Shown: one piece after another, positions 1-12,271 of the stretch | Position numbering within the stretch: position 1 is the first letter of the stretch | Layout: each line of letters opens with the position of its first letter | DNA from: Octopus sinensis | Taxonomy: Eukaryota | Direction of reading: 5' to 3' | Assembly: GCF_006345805.1 (NCBI RefSeq) | Contig: NC_043006.1 | Location: forward strand, 45,322,001 to 45,386,000 | DNA: 64,000 bases | Made by a program: the position numbers and the translations under genes | Notes under the pieces: model-generated | Seen by the model: the letters and a program-made list of their open reading frames with translations, nothing else | What the model was told of the DNA's origin: nothing | Databases searched by the model: none

Positions 1-2034
1 GTGAAAAGGTTACGTGTACATGGAGCAGAGAGTGTTGTCACTCAGCAATGGGGAAAATGGTAAACGAAAGACTAGATCAAAGACTAAGGAGGACTCAGGA
101 CTCAGAGGTGACGAGAGGTGTTACTTAGTGTGGGGTGAGTAACACCTTAGGCAATTTTTTTAATCCTTATTGGGCTTTCATCACTTGACCAATCCCAGAG
201 GAACAAGCAGCCAAACTGATTATATACACAACAGAACCAATAGCTACAGAGAATTAGAGCTACTAATTTGCAAAGGCAGGCTTCCTCACAGTTTCCAACT
301 ACCTATGTCACCCACAAAAAAATAAGGCATTAAATGGCCTTGAGCTATAGTAGAAGACACTTGTTCAAGGTTCCGTGAAGTAGGACTGAACCCAAAACCC
401 ACATGGTTGCAAAACAAGCTTCTTAACCACACATCCATGTCTGCATATTCTTCATATCTTTGCAGAAAATTTCTAAAAACAGAAGTCTATGATGTTTAAT
501 GGCACTCAAAGTAAAGCCTTATGGGAATTAACTGATGTTATTGTCAAGAATCCAAATCTTATGGGAATCAACCAATGTTACTGTCTGGAATCTATCTCTT
601 GTGGGAATTGACCAACACTATTGTCAGGAATGTCAATGAATCCAAAGATTAAAATGTTAATTTAATCCTCTTTTTTTGTGATTTTATTTATTTATATGTT
701 TCTTTTAGTTTTATTTGGTTTTGCTTGGTTCAGCCATGTAACCATTTTACCGTTCTTGCATATATTGAAATCTTTTTCTGTTTTATTTTTACCAAGCTAA
801 TATAATTGATAGGTTGGATGGATGAAGCAAGTTTTAACGATTTCCTGTAAACTTGCAGAAAAATGTGACATTCATACATTTATGAAAAGATGTTTGAAAT
901 GCAAGTGAAATATTTCCCCCCTGGGAATTCTCAAAAGGTTATGGAATGGCTGTTACAACATCATGCAGTAATTTAAACCAGAAAGATTCCTTTCTGTGGG
1001 AAAGAGTTAGGGGACCACTGAACTAGACACAGTCAATAAAATAACAAAATCATTATATATAGCCAAGTATCTCCACTAAATCAAGATACTTGTCTCTATC
1101 CCCCTATTATACTTTAATCTCTCGACTGACACGAAGCTACCTCTCTCGCTGTGCTGCTCATCCCTCCAAGTCAGGGGTCTTTGTCTTGCAAGTTACTCGG
1201 TGATCCCACTGATGATGGTGCCACATAAAAAAGAAACATTGGTGCTGGTGCCGTGTAAATAGCATGTAGTACAATCTGTAAAGTGTTTAGTGTTAGGAAG
1301 GGTATCCGGCTGTAGAAACCATACCAAAACAAACAATGGAGGCTGATGCAGCTCTCTAGATTGCCAGTTCTTGTCAAAACGTCCAATCCCTGCCAAGGAA
1401 AATGAACATTGAATAATGATGGTGGTGATGATGGTGGTGGTGGTGGTGGTGGTGGTGGTGGTGGTGATGATGACGACGATGATGATATTTTAGCAATAGA
1501 TTGTTAAAAAAATAATAATCGTTTGAACATATTAAGATATTCCGTTTAAGAATTTGCACTTAAAATGCAAGCTGACTTACATTTAAATTCTACAAGGTAA
1601 AAAAAAAACTTGATAAGAAATTTAAATCTTTTCATACCTAATTAGCTACAGACGCTGGGCTGTGGCCATGCTAGAGCACTATATTCAAGCAGTTTAGTTG
1701 ATCATATCAACCCCACAATTACTTTTCGGCTGGGACTTATTTTAGCAATCTCTATTTATAGAACCATTAAGTCGCACACACATATATGCATGCACCCTCT
1801 CTCTCCCCCTCTCTCTCTCTCTCAGAAGGGGCCATACCAATTCTTTAACCAGTGCCCCATGAACTCACTAAGAAAAAAAGAATTTAATCCAAGTCGTTTA
1901 CAAAAATTTATTTAAGTTTGTTGCACAAACGTATAGCGTCTTTGATTTTTTATTATTATTTTAATGGTTTATTGGCAGAATTGTTAGAATAAGGACAAAA
2001 TGGACAAAATGTCTTGCTACATTAGTTTCAAGAA

Positions 2035-2423
2035 CATGCTGCCTGGGTAGGCAAGGTAGGCAGTGTCTACCCCGAATAAAATAGATCAATAGCAATATTT
2101 TCCTTTTATGGCAAAATATGCACCTAATTCAATAAAATTATGAAGGTTACTCTGATTACTATCCATAAAATGCAAAATATTTTTTTGTAGATTAGGGAGG
2201 CATAATTCGCCCCTGCCTTTCAGTCTCAGTATTAAAGATACGCATAATACTGCTGTAGTACACATGCTGCGTACATTCCTACAACACCGTTTTCTTTATA
2301 TGCTATAAAGGTAGAAGTAAATCTGTGTTCAACTCAGTCACATGCCTGTGTTTCTCTTATTTTTTGTGTGTTTTACTACATAAACGTTACCAACTGCTTA
2401 CCCTGAATAATTACTGATGGCAT
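2035..2423. mobile_element. Non-autonomous DNA transposon (hAT-like MITE), uninterrupted copy with eroded termini
   Basis: Aligns along its length with 4790-5497 (ctgggtaggcaaggtaggcag...aattactgatggca). Holds the empty site aattatgaaggt (2136-2147) that is duplicated around an insertion in the second copy. Confidence 0.6.
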
Positions 2424-4042
2424 GTTATACATACATATATATACACATATAGATATATATATACTGATTTACATATATACACAATGGGCTTTTTTCAGTT
2501 TTCATCTACCAAATCCACTCACAAGGCTATAGGGTGAAGGTAAAGAATACACACACCACCCATTTCCAGCAATTAGGGTTAGGGTTACGCTGAAAATGGG
2601 TGGTGTGCATATTCTTTACCTCTCTGCCAGCTATGGTAGAAGGCACTTGCCCAAGGTGCCACTCAGTGTGACTGAACCTGGAACCATGTGGTTGGGAAGC
2701 AAATATCTTACTACACAGCCACGCCTGCACCTAAAGTATTTATTTTTCTTCATATTTACATGTCCCAATTCCAAAATATTCCAATTTCCAAATGCATCCT
2801 TGATTAACTAAAGAGTGGTCTAATTATCAAATAGTTATCCTAAGTTATTAATCAACCAACTGTTCTATAATTTTATTGCAAGTAAATTACTTAATGCTTG
2901 TGGTATTTAATTACAACCCTTTACATTCTGAATTCAAATCTAGATGAAGTCAACTTGGTTGTTAATCTTTCCAAGGTTGGTAAAATAAAGTACCAATCAT
3001 GCGCTAGGATCAATTTATGTTTCTATAAAGCATTCTTAATATCTTTTCTCTCTTTTCTTATATTTCTTTCAGTCATTGAACTGTGGCCATGTTGAAGCAT
3101 CATCTCGGGGAGGGTTTTTAAGTCAAATATATCAAACCCAGTACTTATTTTCTGTTTTTTAAAGTCTGTGAATTATTTTATTGGTTTCTTTTTGCTGAAC
3201 CGCTAAGTCACAGGGATGTGAACAAACCAATACTGGTTGTCAATGGGTGGTGAGGACAAACACGAAGACATACACATACAAAGACACACGCGCACACACA
3301 AATACATAATTCTCTCTCACACAAACACATACAAAGACACATACACAAACACATACAGATACAAAGACACACATACACACATACACATACAAAGACACAA
3401 ACATACACATACAAAGACACACATATACACACACACACTACCAGCTTCCACACAGTTTCCACCAGCCAAATTCATTTGCATGGCACTGGTCAACCCAGGG
3501 CAATAATAGAGGGCATTAGCTCCCAGAATGTTACACAGAACCCACATAGAAACCTGTCTCAATAAACTCTGCGTGACCCATGCAAGCATAGAACCCACAC
3601 ACATGTGGTTACAAAACAAGCTTTTTAATCACACAGCCAGCAAGGTTAATTAATGTATTCTCTCACTGTTCTATAGTGTTATCTATGTCAAAGTTCAACA
3701 ACCTGTATCCATAATACAAGCTAATTTCTCCATGGATAAAAACAAACACACACACACACATGCAAAAGGCTTTTTTCAGTTTCTGTCTACAAAATTCATT
3801 CACAAGGCTTTGGTTGGCCCAAGGCTATAGTAGAAAACACTTGACCAAGGTGACCCGCAGTGGGATTAAACTTCTTACCACAAGCCACACCTATATATGT
3901 ATGTATACACCCACACACATATATCATCATCATCATCATCATCATCATCATTATTTAACATCTACTTTTCCATGCTTACATGGGTAGAACCAATACACAT
4001 ACACACACACACACATGTATAAATATATACACACAAAAATAT

Positions 4043-4260
4043 ATTCTTTTACTCTTTTACTTGTTTCAGTCATTTGAGTGTGGCCATGCTGGAGCACCGC
4101 CTTCAGTCGAGCAAATCGACCCCAGGACTTAATCTTTGTAAGCCTAGTATTTATTCTATCAGTCTCTTTTGCCGAACCACTAAGTTACGGGGACTTAAAC
4201 ACACCAGCATCGGTTGTCAAGCGATGTTGGTGGGACAAACGGACAAACACAGATACACAA

Positions 4261-4309
<49 letters not shown>

Positions 4310-4470
4310 CTATGGGATTCTTTCAGTTTCCATCTACCAAATCCAATCACAAGGCTTTGGTCAGCTCAAGACTATAGTAGAAGACACTCGCCCAAGGTGC
4401 CACGCAGTGAGACTGAACCTGGAACCATGTGGTTGGTAAGCAAGCTACTTACCACACAGCCACTCCTGCG
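4043..4470 (-). mobile_element. tRNA-derived CORE-type SINE (family A, most abundant repeat in the window)
   Basis: Head (minus) GGAGTGGCTGTGTGGTAAG...GGTTCAGTC has A/B-box-like motifs, followed by a CORE-like ccttgggcgagtgtcttc segment, an internal (TA/CA)n tract and a tail ...gactgaaacaagtaaaagag. More than 25 full or partial copies are visible. Confidence 0.85.
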
Positions 4471-4486
4471 CTTATAATGTGTGACT

Positions 4487-4602
4487 CTTACAGTACCTAG
4501 GTTTCCCAGCGGTCACCCACCTAAGTACTAACTAGGCTCAACATTGCTTAACTTCGGTGATCGGACAAGAACCGCTGCTTTCAACGTGATATGGCCGTAA
4601 GC
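4487..4602 (-). rRNA. 5S rRNA dispersed copy / probable pseudogene
   Basis: Reverse complement reads GCTTACGGCCATATCACGTTGAAAGCAGCGGTTCTTGTCCGATCACCGAAGTTAAGCAATGTTGAGCCTAGTTAGTACTTAGGTGGGTGACCGCTGGGAAACCTAGGTACTGTAAG, recognisably full-length metazoan 5S. It has substitutions and no oligo-T terminator after it. Confidence 0.9.
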
Positions 4603-4789
4603 CATATATATACACATATACATGTAAACATTTGTATGTATACATGATGTATGAATGTATGCATGCCGAGTGGCCAAAGGTCATTGAGGAATTCAAATGT
4701 AAAAAGAAATTACAGCTCCAGTTATGGATGCACTGACATATAGCTGTGCGACAAAAAATACCTAAATATATTCTGTGGTACCCATACAT

Positions 4790-5032
4790 CAGGGATGTGC
4801 CGCCTGGGTAGGCAAGGTAGGCAGTGGCTACCCTGAATAAAATATATCAAGAGTAACATTTTCCTTTCATGGCAAAATATGCACCTAATTTAATAGAATT
4901 ATAAAGGTACAGTTCTATATTTAAGAAATGAGGAACCGTGTACATTATTTACATTATTTATACATGCCCACGGGCATATGGTGCAGTGATTACTACTAAC
5001 CCCAAGATTCCAAGTTTGATTCCAGGCAGTGA

Positions 5033-5097
<65 letters not shown>

Positions 5098-5497
5098 TCG
5101 AAAAATACCTTAGGAATAAGAACCCAGGTTCAAAATTTCCCCAAGACACCTGATGAAGGCTGGATGGTATATTAGCCTAAATATTGTGTTAACAACAAAC
5201 AAAATGAGGACAAATATCTGTCAAATGTAAATAATTATGAAGGTTACTCTGATTACTATGCATAGGCATAATTCACCCCTGCCTTTCAGTCTCAGTATTA
5301 AAGCTACACATAGTACTGCTGTAGTACACATAATGCATACATTCCTACAATAACGTTTTCTTTACGTGCTATAAAGGTAGAAGTAAATCTGCCCCCAACT
5401 CAGTCGTGTGCCTGTGTTTCGCTTATTTTTTTGTGTTGTTTATTACATAAACGTCACCAACTGCCTACCCCAAGTAATTACTGATGGCACATGCCTG
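4790..5497. mobile_element. hAT-like MITE interrupted by an HHR-SINE insertion
   Basis: TIRs cagggatgtgcc / ggcacatgcctg (11/12 match). The internal sequence matches 2035-2423. Confidence 0.65.
4908..5232 (+). mobile_element. tRNA-headed SINE with decayed hammerhead (family H), preceded by an inverted copy of its own 3' tail
   Basis: Head gggcatatgg...gtttgattccaggcagtgacc, (AAT)n, then acctgatgaaggctgg...ttagcctaaatattgtg (GAAAC mutated to TAAAT). 4908-4955 is the reverse complement of the family tail. A 12-bp TSD lies at 4897-4908 and 5233-5244. Confidence 0.8.
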
Positions 5498-5502
5498 CCA
5501 TA

Positions 5503-5799
5503 TCACCATGATCACCGTGACTGACCAGGCTATTAGATGTTGCTACACATTGCTGGTCACAATGCGCTTCGCATTGTTTTAGCCACCCCGCTGGCTAAGT
5601 GAGCAGGCCAACAGAAGAAAGAGTGAGAGAAAGTTGTGGCAAAAGAGTACAGCATGAATCGCCACCACCCCCTGCCAGTGCCCCGAGGAGATTTAGATGT
5701 TTACGCTCAATAAACACTCACAATGCCTGGTCTGGGAATCGAAACCACGATCCTATGACCGCGAGTCCGCTGCCCTAACCACTGGGCCATTGCACCTCC
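5503..5799 (-). mobile_element. tRNA-derived SINE (family D)
   Basis: Minus-strand head GGAGGTGCAATGGCCCAGTGGTTAGGGCAGCGG...GGTTTCGATTCCC has A and B boxes. A ~13-bp TSD (catgcctgccata / cacgcctgccaca) flanks it. A related copy lies at 9528-9831. Confidence 0.75.
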
Positions 5800-5879
5800 A
5801 CGCCTGCCACATATTGATTCTTAATATAATTGACCTTATTTCCCAAGCCTTGGGTGTATTGGGATGTGAATAAAAAAAT

Positions 5880-6135
5880 TCAGTGAGTTTATATTTGTTG
5901 ACAGTTTGAACATTTAATGGTTGGTATTGGTAGGTAAGGTATAAAAGTTGAAAGAGTGTTTCTTGTATGGAATACAGTCCTAGAGGAGAAGAATTCCATA
6001 AAGTGTTTCTTAGAGGGTAGGTCTAGGAGAGAAGACAAAGTAAAAGTGATGAGAGGAATAGTAGTGAGAACATCAGATATATTTGTGTGGGTGGTGCCAA
6101 GTTGGTAGGTTCAAAAGATCTCATTGCATTGTAGT
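5880..6135 (-). mobile_element. Degenerate CR1/L2-group LINE 3' fragment
   Basis: Minus-strand translation gives broken similarity (YYNAMRSFE...; FFSSRTVF...) to the YY.G.CSSEL / SFFPRT..LWN C-terminal motifs of this group. Confidence 0.35.
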
Positions 6136-7899
6136 AGCTACACTATAATATTAGTATAATACAGAGAGAGAGAGAGAGAAAGAGAGAGAGGTGGAGTGTG
6201 CATGCATCTATGTGATGGGGATTTTTGAAATTTCAAACAGGAAACTTTTTTCTTTTTGATTCTTGTACACTGTATCAGAAAGCCAATTCTGAGTGATGGT
6301 AGATAATTGCAATTTGGTGTATTTGGTAGCAAGTCTATTAATTAATGAAACTTCCTAGCTTTGATGTTATAATAGAAGCTATAGGAACCAGCCTTAATAG
6401 TTTACAGACACTCTTTAGAGAAAGTCAAACAGAGAAATGTGTTTTGTTAAGTTCTTTTTTGTGTATGAGGTTAATAACCAATTGTATGTCTTACAAATTC
6501 TTTTCAATGTGGAGCCAACGTTGTAGATAATAGGGACCAATTTCAATAGATTCTCAACCATTTATTGGCTCTTTTGAACTTTAAGAAACACAGCACTTCG
6601 TCGGTAATCAATGCCAATAAGCTCTGGAGAGTGCCAAATAAAAATATTCCAAATCTGTCAATAAGCCAGCAATATTCCAAAAGCCAGGTTCCAAAGAATT
6701 TTGGCAAGTTTCCTGCAGCAGCTGAAGCAGGACTTCCTTGCAATCTATTTTTAACAGATCACAACCCAAAATGTTTATGAATGATTTTGCGGCCAACTCT
6801 AAGTCTGTTGATGCAGAACTACCGTCTTCGATCTTCATAAGTCAACGTGTTAGACGATTTTGTTGTTAATGTTTGCAGTACTCTATAGAAATCTTTTTGC
6901 TGCTCAAGAATCTAATAGTATAATGGTACTCAGTATATATATGTATGCATGTGTAACTGAAGATATATGTTTTTGTATATTTTGAGTAGCTGTGTCCATT
7001 TTGACGGTCACTATATGTATCTTTGTATGTATGTGTGTAACTATACGTATACAAATCTATATCTGCTTCTTTGTAATTTGAAAAAAAAAATCAAACAAAA
7101 AAACTTAGTGAATATTTTGGAAGGTCTGACACTGAAAGCTGTGTAAATTCCTAAACCAGGTGTTCATCCATGTTGTCCATAGTCCTCCTTTCATTTTGGG
7201 GGTTTGAAAGGACTGCATGGAGCTCTTCAATGTCTTTTTTCCAAGATATAAGTGGTTTGTATGATCAGGTATTAACACATGTCAATTGTCTCAGATGAAT
7301 TTGTTTCAATGTGGGAGATATAGATGAAGCCAAAAAAGAAATTCATTCATTCACTAAATAATACAAAACTGAAGAAATTGTCTAGAAACATAAACTGGTA
7401 AAAATAATAAAAAATAGGTAATTCAAATTTTTATTAAGAAGTTAACTGTATATATCCTCATTGTGATTTTTTCACCATCATCTTTGATTTAACGTCCATT
7501 GTTCTATACTCACATTTTCTATGCCAAGATGCTGTTCCTGTCATCAATACTCACCTGTTTTCAAACACGATAACATTTCCATATGACTGAACATGAAAGA
7601 TTAAAAATGAATGGCATTGCTTGTATGACAGTGACACTCGTTTACAACTGTCATGTAATGTCAAAATAAGGAATCACACACACAACCAGAACAATACATA
7701 ACCGTATAGATATATGCATACATGCCTTACATATACGTGCATGTGTGTGTGTGTATGCATTCATATACATACACACATACATATATATATACATACACAT
7801 ATATATACATATATATATATACTATATACTTATACATATATACACACATACATACATGTACATATACACATACATGCATACACACACATGCACATGCAC

Positions 7900-7952
<53 letters not shown>

Positions 7953-8293
7953 TATATATAAATCCTTAAATCCTTTAAAATGTTTTCAGCCCAAAAGCTG
8001 CGGCCATGCTGGGGCACCACCATATATTTATTTATTTCTTTATTTCTTTATTTATTTATAAACATCCACTGGCCAAAACACATCCAGGCTTGGAGAGCAG
8101 ACAACCAAGTGAACAAAAAACACCAAAACATCAACATCACAACAGCAGCAACAACAACAGTAACAATTGACAAATTACATGAACTCTTCCTGCAGTTCTC
8201 CCTGCTGTGCTATAGAACTATATTGGTTAGAATTAGGTAAAGAACACAGACACACAGACACAAATATATGCTCACACACAGAGGCACATGCAT

Positions 8294-8329
<36 letters not shown>

Positions 8330-8529
8330 GCATATACACTGATATACAACAGCATACATATGCACATTCATGTACAAAGTCATGTATATGTACACACACA
8401 CACACACACACATACACACAGGCACACACGTACTCACACGTTTATGGACACATGCTTACATGCTGGTAAACACAAACATACAAATGTATATAGACTGACC
8501 AAGACACATACACACACACATACACATAT

Positions 8530-9040
8530 TTTGTCTATCTATCTATCTATCTATCTCTCTTCTCTCTCTTTTTCTCACTTTCTTTCTCTCTCTCACTCAT
8601 ATACACACTCTCTTTCTCTCTCTCTCATATACACACTCTCTTTCTCTCTCTCTCATATACACACTCTCTTTCTCTCTTTCACTCTCTTTCTCTCTTTCAC
8701 TCTCTTTCTCTCTTTCACTCTCTTTCTCTCTCTCTCTCATATACACACTCTCTTTCTCTCTTTCACTCTCTCTCTCTCATATACACACTCTCTTTCTCTC
8801 TTTCACTCTCTTTCTCTCTTTCACTCTCTTTCTCTCTCTCTCTCATATACACACTCTCTTTCACTCTCTCTTTCTCATATACACACTCTCTTTCTCTCTT
8901 TTACTCTCTCTCTCTCTCTTGCATTCATAGTTTTTCTCTCTTTCACACACACACACACACACACACTTCCTTTCTTTCTCCCTCTCTCTCTTTCCTTCCT
9001 ATCTCTCTCTCTCTTTCTCTCCTTCTCTTTCTTTCATGCA
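8530..9040. repeat. Complex (CT)n-rich polypyrimidine tract with higher-order unit tctctctctcatatacacac
   Basis: About 500 bp that is nearly all pyrimidine on the + strand. Confidence 0.9.
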
Positions 9041-9346
9041 TAAATACACACATACAGACACGCATTGGGTACCTATGGAGAAATTGTAATTTTTACCAAA
9101 TGCTATAAATGCTTTGTGACTGATATTTATTCCAGCTTAATTACATACAGTTAACAACCTCAAGATTATGGTTTCAAATCCTGGTATTGCTACAGATTAA
9201 ATAGACACAATAAATATATTTTTGTATTTCAAAACAACTATTAGACTATAAAGATAAACGGCTTACCCAATGAGAAAGCCTCGCTGTGGTCACCTGACCT
9301 CCTAGAAAAAGCAGTCAAATCTCTCTCATATCATACTTGAGTGTTT

Positions 9347-9873
9347 TTAACCCTTTAAAATTCAGATTTCTCTGTCAAATGTAATTCTTATTTATTCTCA
9401 TTGATATGAATTAGTCATGCATTACCTCGTAGCTTTGAGATTTCAATGACATGATTGTTAATTTTTTAGAATAACATTGTATGGTAAGTGTGAGAGGCTA
9501 GATCTGGCCACTTTGAAAACAAACATGATAAACGTCACCCTTTTCAAGCCTAGCCAGGCTCATAGGCCCAGTTTCTCGGTTTCTGTGGTGTATGTGTTCC
9601 CCCCAGCTGGACGGGATGCCAGTCCATCGCAGCATTACTCAAGAAACAGGAAAAGAGAGTAAGAGAAAGTTGGGGTGAAAGAGTACAACAGGGGTCGCCA
9701 CCACCCTCTGCCAGACCCTCATGGAGCTTTTAGGTGTTTTCTCTCAATAAACACACAGAACGCCTGGTCTGGGAATCGAAACCACGATCCTTCGACTGCG
9801 AGTCCGCTGCCCTAACTACTGAGCCGTTGCGTTATTTTGGCCGGATATGGCCAGTTTAAGTGCTAAAGGGTTA
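9347..9873. mobile_element. TTAA-flanked MITE (piggyBac-like termini) with nested SINE
   Basis: Termini ttaaccctttaaa / gctaaagggttaa. A related copy lies at ~40303-40515 and a partial one at ~62750-62870. Confidence 0.55.
9528..9831 (-). mobile_element. tRNA-derived SINE (family D)
   Basis: Head CGCAACGGCTCAGTAGTTAGGGCAGCGG...GGTTTCGATTCCC is homologous to the head at 5503-5799. Confidence 0.7.
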
Positions 9874-10417
9874 AACAAGCTCTGGTCAGTCCTGATCAAG
9901 CATATGTCATCATTATCATCATCATCATTTAACAGCCATTCTCCATGCTGGTATGAGTTGGATGGTTCAATAGGAACTGGCCAACTGGGGAGCAGCACCA
10001 GGCTCCATTTGTTTGTTTTAGCATGGTTTCTACAGCTGGATGTTCTTCCTAACACCAGCCACTTTACAAAGTATATTGGGTGCTTTTAAAGTGGCACATG
10101 CAGAGGGCTTTTTATGCGACACTGGCACTTTTTATGTGGCACAGGTGCTTTTACACGGCACCAGCATGGTGACATGTAACATAGCACTGGCATGTGTGTT
10201 TTTATGTAACCCCAGCACTGGTGATTTGCGTGGCACCAGCATAGAGGATTTTATGTAGCACCATAATCAAAATATAGTCCAACAGTGACCATCCCAATGT
10301 TTAGTATTTGTAGATGTATTTTTATATAGGTAGGGAAGCTCTGAAAAGGGTCTCGGGGAGTAGTGTCCCTTATCTTCCACCACATTTCTTAACAATCGTG
10401 GTAGAGGCCTTGGTCTT

Positions 10418-10657
10418 ATTTCTTATTTCTTTACTGCCCACAAGGGGCTACACACAGAGGGGACAAACACGGACAAACAAACGGATTAAGTCAATTATAT
10501 CGATCCCAGTGCGTAACTGGTACTTATTTAATCGACTCTGAAAGGATGAAAGGCAAATTCGACCTTGGCGGAATTTGAACTCAGAACGTAGTGGCAGACG
10601 AAATACCGCCAAGTATTTCGCCCGACGTGCTAACAATTCTGCCAGCTCGCCGCCCCT
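10418..10657 (-). mobile_element. SINE family B (gcctttcatcctt...gtcgataaattaagtaccag central domain) with perfect 19-bp TSD
   Basis: TSD tggtagaggccttggtctt at 10399-10417 and 10658-10676. The head contains B-box-like GAGTTCAAATTCC. Confidence 0.85.
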
Positions 10658-11486
10658 TGGTAGAGGCCTTGGTCTTGGGACCACTCGTGTCTAGAAACTA
10701 AAGTTGGGGGTAAGCAAGGGCATGCTCCCTGTAGAAAATCCAGCTCCGAAAAAAAGCTTCATGATAGCAAAGGAGAATGGGTACTAGCCAGCCCAAAGAT
10801 TGGGGCAGGCTGCACTTGCCTACCTTGGTTGCTATGGCACTGAGGTAGATCCGGCCACCCTCATTAATGGGGACAAAACCTGGATTTAAAACACTTGATG
10901 ATAAGGATGATGATGATGATTGCATCCTATATGTCCTTTTTTAAGGTGGTAGGTTATGATTTGAGGTTCAATTGGTAGTTATTTTTAGCAAATTGCACAA
11001 CCACATAAGTGTTTGTGCATCTTTCATTTTTCATCTTTTACTTATTTCAGGCATTGGGCTGTGGCCATGCTGGGGCACCACCTTGAAGGGTTTTAGGCAA
11101 ACAAATCAATCCCAGTAATTATTTTTAAGACTGGTACTTATTTGATCAGTTTGTTTTGTTGAACCACTAAGTTACGAAGATATAACTAAACCAACACTGA
11201 TTGTCAAGCAGTAGCAAGGACAAATACAGGCACAAAGGCACACACACATTTTATGATGGGTTTTCGCACAGTTTCCACTGACCAAATTCACTCACACCCT
11301 GTCTATAATGCACATACACACTCACACACACATACTCACACACACACATACACACATTTTATGATGGGCTTCCACACAGTTTCCATTGACTAAATTCACT
11401 CACACACTGTGTATAATGCACACACACACATACATACACACATACATACATACATACATACATACATACATACATACATACATACA

Positions 11487-11811
11487 TGTTCTCACTCCGC
11501 CGGTTACGACGACGAGGGTCCCAGCTGATACGATCAACGGAACAGCTTGCTCGTGAAATTAACGTGCAAATGGCTGAGCATTCCACAGACACGTGTACCC
11601 TAACGTAGTTCTCGGGGATAATCAGCGTGACACAGAGAGTGACAAGGCTGACCCTTTGAAATACAAGTACAACTCATTTTTGCAGCTGAGTGGACTGGAG
11701 CAACGTGAAATAAAGTGTCTTGCTCAAGGACACAACGCGTCGCCGGGAATCGAACTCACAACCTTACGATCATGAGCCGAATGCCCTAACCACTAAGCCA
11801 CGCGCCCTCAC
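11487..11811 (-). mobile_element. tRNA-derived SINE (family C, V/CORE-like body)
   Basis: Head GTGAGGGCGCGTGGCTTAGTGGTTAGGG...GAGTTCGATTCCC followed by tgtgtccttgagcaagacact. A second copy lies at 28017-28272. A copy with the same head and a different tail lies at 44290-44592. Confidence 0.8.
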
Positions 11812-12050
11812 ACATACATACATACATACATACATATATGCATATAATATGTTTTTTTCATTTTGTCTACCAAATTTCCACTCACAAAGTTTTGGTTAGC
11901 CCAGGGCTATAGTAGATGATGACACTCACCAGAGGCGCTATGCAGCGGTAGGACTCAACCTGAAACCATGTGGTTGGAAAGCAAACTTCTTAACCATACA
12001 GCCCTGCTTAAGTTTGTCAATCTGTGGATCACTTCTGCAAGTATGCACAT

Positions 12051-12271
12051 GGGCATATGGATTAGTGGTTAAGAGCGCGGCTACTAACCCCAAGATTCCG
12101 AGTTCAATTCCAGGCAGTGACCTAAATAATAATAATAATACCTTAGGAATGAGAACCCAGGTTCGAAATTTCCCCAAGACACCTGATGAAGGCTGGAGGG
12201 TATATCAGCCGAAACGTTGTGCTAACAACAAACAAGATGAGGACAAATATCTGTCAAATGTAAATAATGTA
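12051..12271 (+). mobile_element. tRNA-headed SINE carrying a hammerhead ribozyme (family H), best-preserved copy
   Basis: A box TGGATTAGTGG, B box GAGTTCAATTCC, (AAT)n, HHR at 12180-12221, and tail aatgtaaataatgta. Confidence 0.8.
12180..12221 (+). ncRNA. Minimal type I hammerhead ribozyme
   Basis: Stem I CAC/GTG; core CTGATGA; one extra A; stem II GGCTG/CAGCC; GAAA; palindromic stem III ACGT; GUU cleavage triplet ending at 12218. Confidence 0.75.

Noticed and set aside
2572-2586. TTAGGG telomere-like repeats (also ctaaccctaacc near 26710)
   Set aside because: Only two units, which is expected by chance.
11720-11811. tRNA-like sequences at SINE heads (also 5730-5799, 9760-9831, 12051-12120, 60890-60975)
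   Set aside because: They have A/B boxes but no convincing acceptor stem, and they continue into SINE bodies, so they are not called tRNA genes.
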